Made by a program: the position numbers and the translations under genes. This document shows, piece by piece, positions 31,797-32,000 of a stretch of DNA of 32,000 nucleotides; position 1 is the first letter of the stretch; each line of letters starts with the position of its first letter. Source of the DNA: Demequinaceae bacterium (GTDB taxonomy: Bacteria > Actinomycetota > Actinomycetes > Actinomycetales > Demequinaceae); NCBI GenBank assembly GCA_965250005.1, contig OZ252279.1:630001-662000 (forward strand), written 5' to 3'. A model generated the notes under the pieces. The model saw only the letters and a program-made list of their open reading frames with translations, was not told where the DNA came from and did not search any database.

Positions 31797-32000
31797 CTAC
31801 CAGCTGCCGGATTCGCGCTTCTTGCGCACCGCGTCCGACGCGTCAGTCTGCTTTTTCCGTTGAGCCGCGCTCCATTCGCGCATGCGCGACGGGTACCCGC
31901 TCAGGTTCACGTCGTAGGCGGCGATGCCAAGCTCGCGTGCCAGTTTCTGAGCGGATTTTGCGTCAGGAACGCGGCGCCTCGTCCACTCTCCCGTTCCGCC
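31797..32000 (-). CDS. 3' end of an unidentified gene (partial, runs off the window)
   Basis: Open frame from the window edge to TAG (31797-31799). Encodes ...WTRRRVPDAKSAQKLARELGIAAYDVNLSGYPSRMREWSAAQRKKQTDASDAVRKKRESGSW*. Third-codon-position GC is high like neighbouring genes. Not in the ORF track because it is truncated. Confidence 0.4.
   Translation of the reverse strand, partial: GGTGEWTRRRVPDAKSAQKLARELGIAAYDVNLSGYPSRMREWSAAQRKKQTDASDAVRKKRESGSW

Noticed and set aside
1-32000. Search for mobile elements, CRISPR arrays, tRNA/rRNA genes, toxin-antitoxin pairs, defence-system or biosynthetic-cluster hallmarks.
   Set aside because: I saw no direct-repeat/spacer arrays, no transposase, integrase or recombinase motifs, no terminal inverted repeats flanking a compositionally distinct block, and no tRNA-like cloverleaf segments. 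Apart from the ~110-bp pocket at 29161-29269, composition looks uniform. The window is syntenic core genome.

Overview
High-GC actinobacterial chromosomal core segment. Gene order mirrors the mycobacterial Rv2175c-Rv2213 and corynebacterial cta/qcr neighbourhood. The PPi-dependent PFK and corynebacterial-type NadA fit an Actinomycetales organism, but the species cannot be named from sequence alone.

Coding is dense, about 34 CDSs:
- DUF4192, an Rv2175c-like DNA-binding protein and a PASTA Ser/Thr kinase (PknL-like).
- A minus-strand string glk-plsC-pfp-aroG.
- fadD.
- A DEDD-exonuclease/GIY-YIG fusion.
- A minus-strand string of atypical receiver, trpD and an ankyrin-repeat protein.
- The full cytochrome bcc-aa3 set: ctaE-qcrCAB (+) and ctaCDF (-). 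sodA and an unknown secreted acidic protein lie between them.
- An Fe-S themed stretch: NifS-like, ErpA and NadA.
- DUF3043, an aldo/keto reductase, pyrD and pepA.

I saw no rRNA, tRNA, CRISPR, transposase, integrase or recognisable defence or biosynthetic island. This looks like ordinary core genome, not an accessory island.

The observations most worth a second look:
1. A TANNNT hexamer sits exactly 6 nt upstream of 10-12 start codons. This implies pervasive leaderless mRNAs, fixes several start codons, and includes two 32-bp back-to-back divergent promoter pairs with identical geometry.
2. The NifS/IscS homologue keeps its catalytic Cys loop but has lost the PLP-binding Lys, His and Gln.
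3. The uncharacterised genes around the respiratory operons: a secreted Asp/His-rich protein, an orphan degenerate receiver, a cytosolic ankyrin protein with a basic tail, and a Cys4 mini-protein.
4. An AT-rich pocket holding a 32-codon ORF behind a perfect Shine-Dalgarno.

All functional links are inference from motifs and synteny. No database search was possible.
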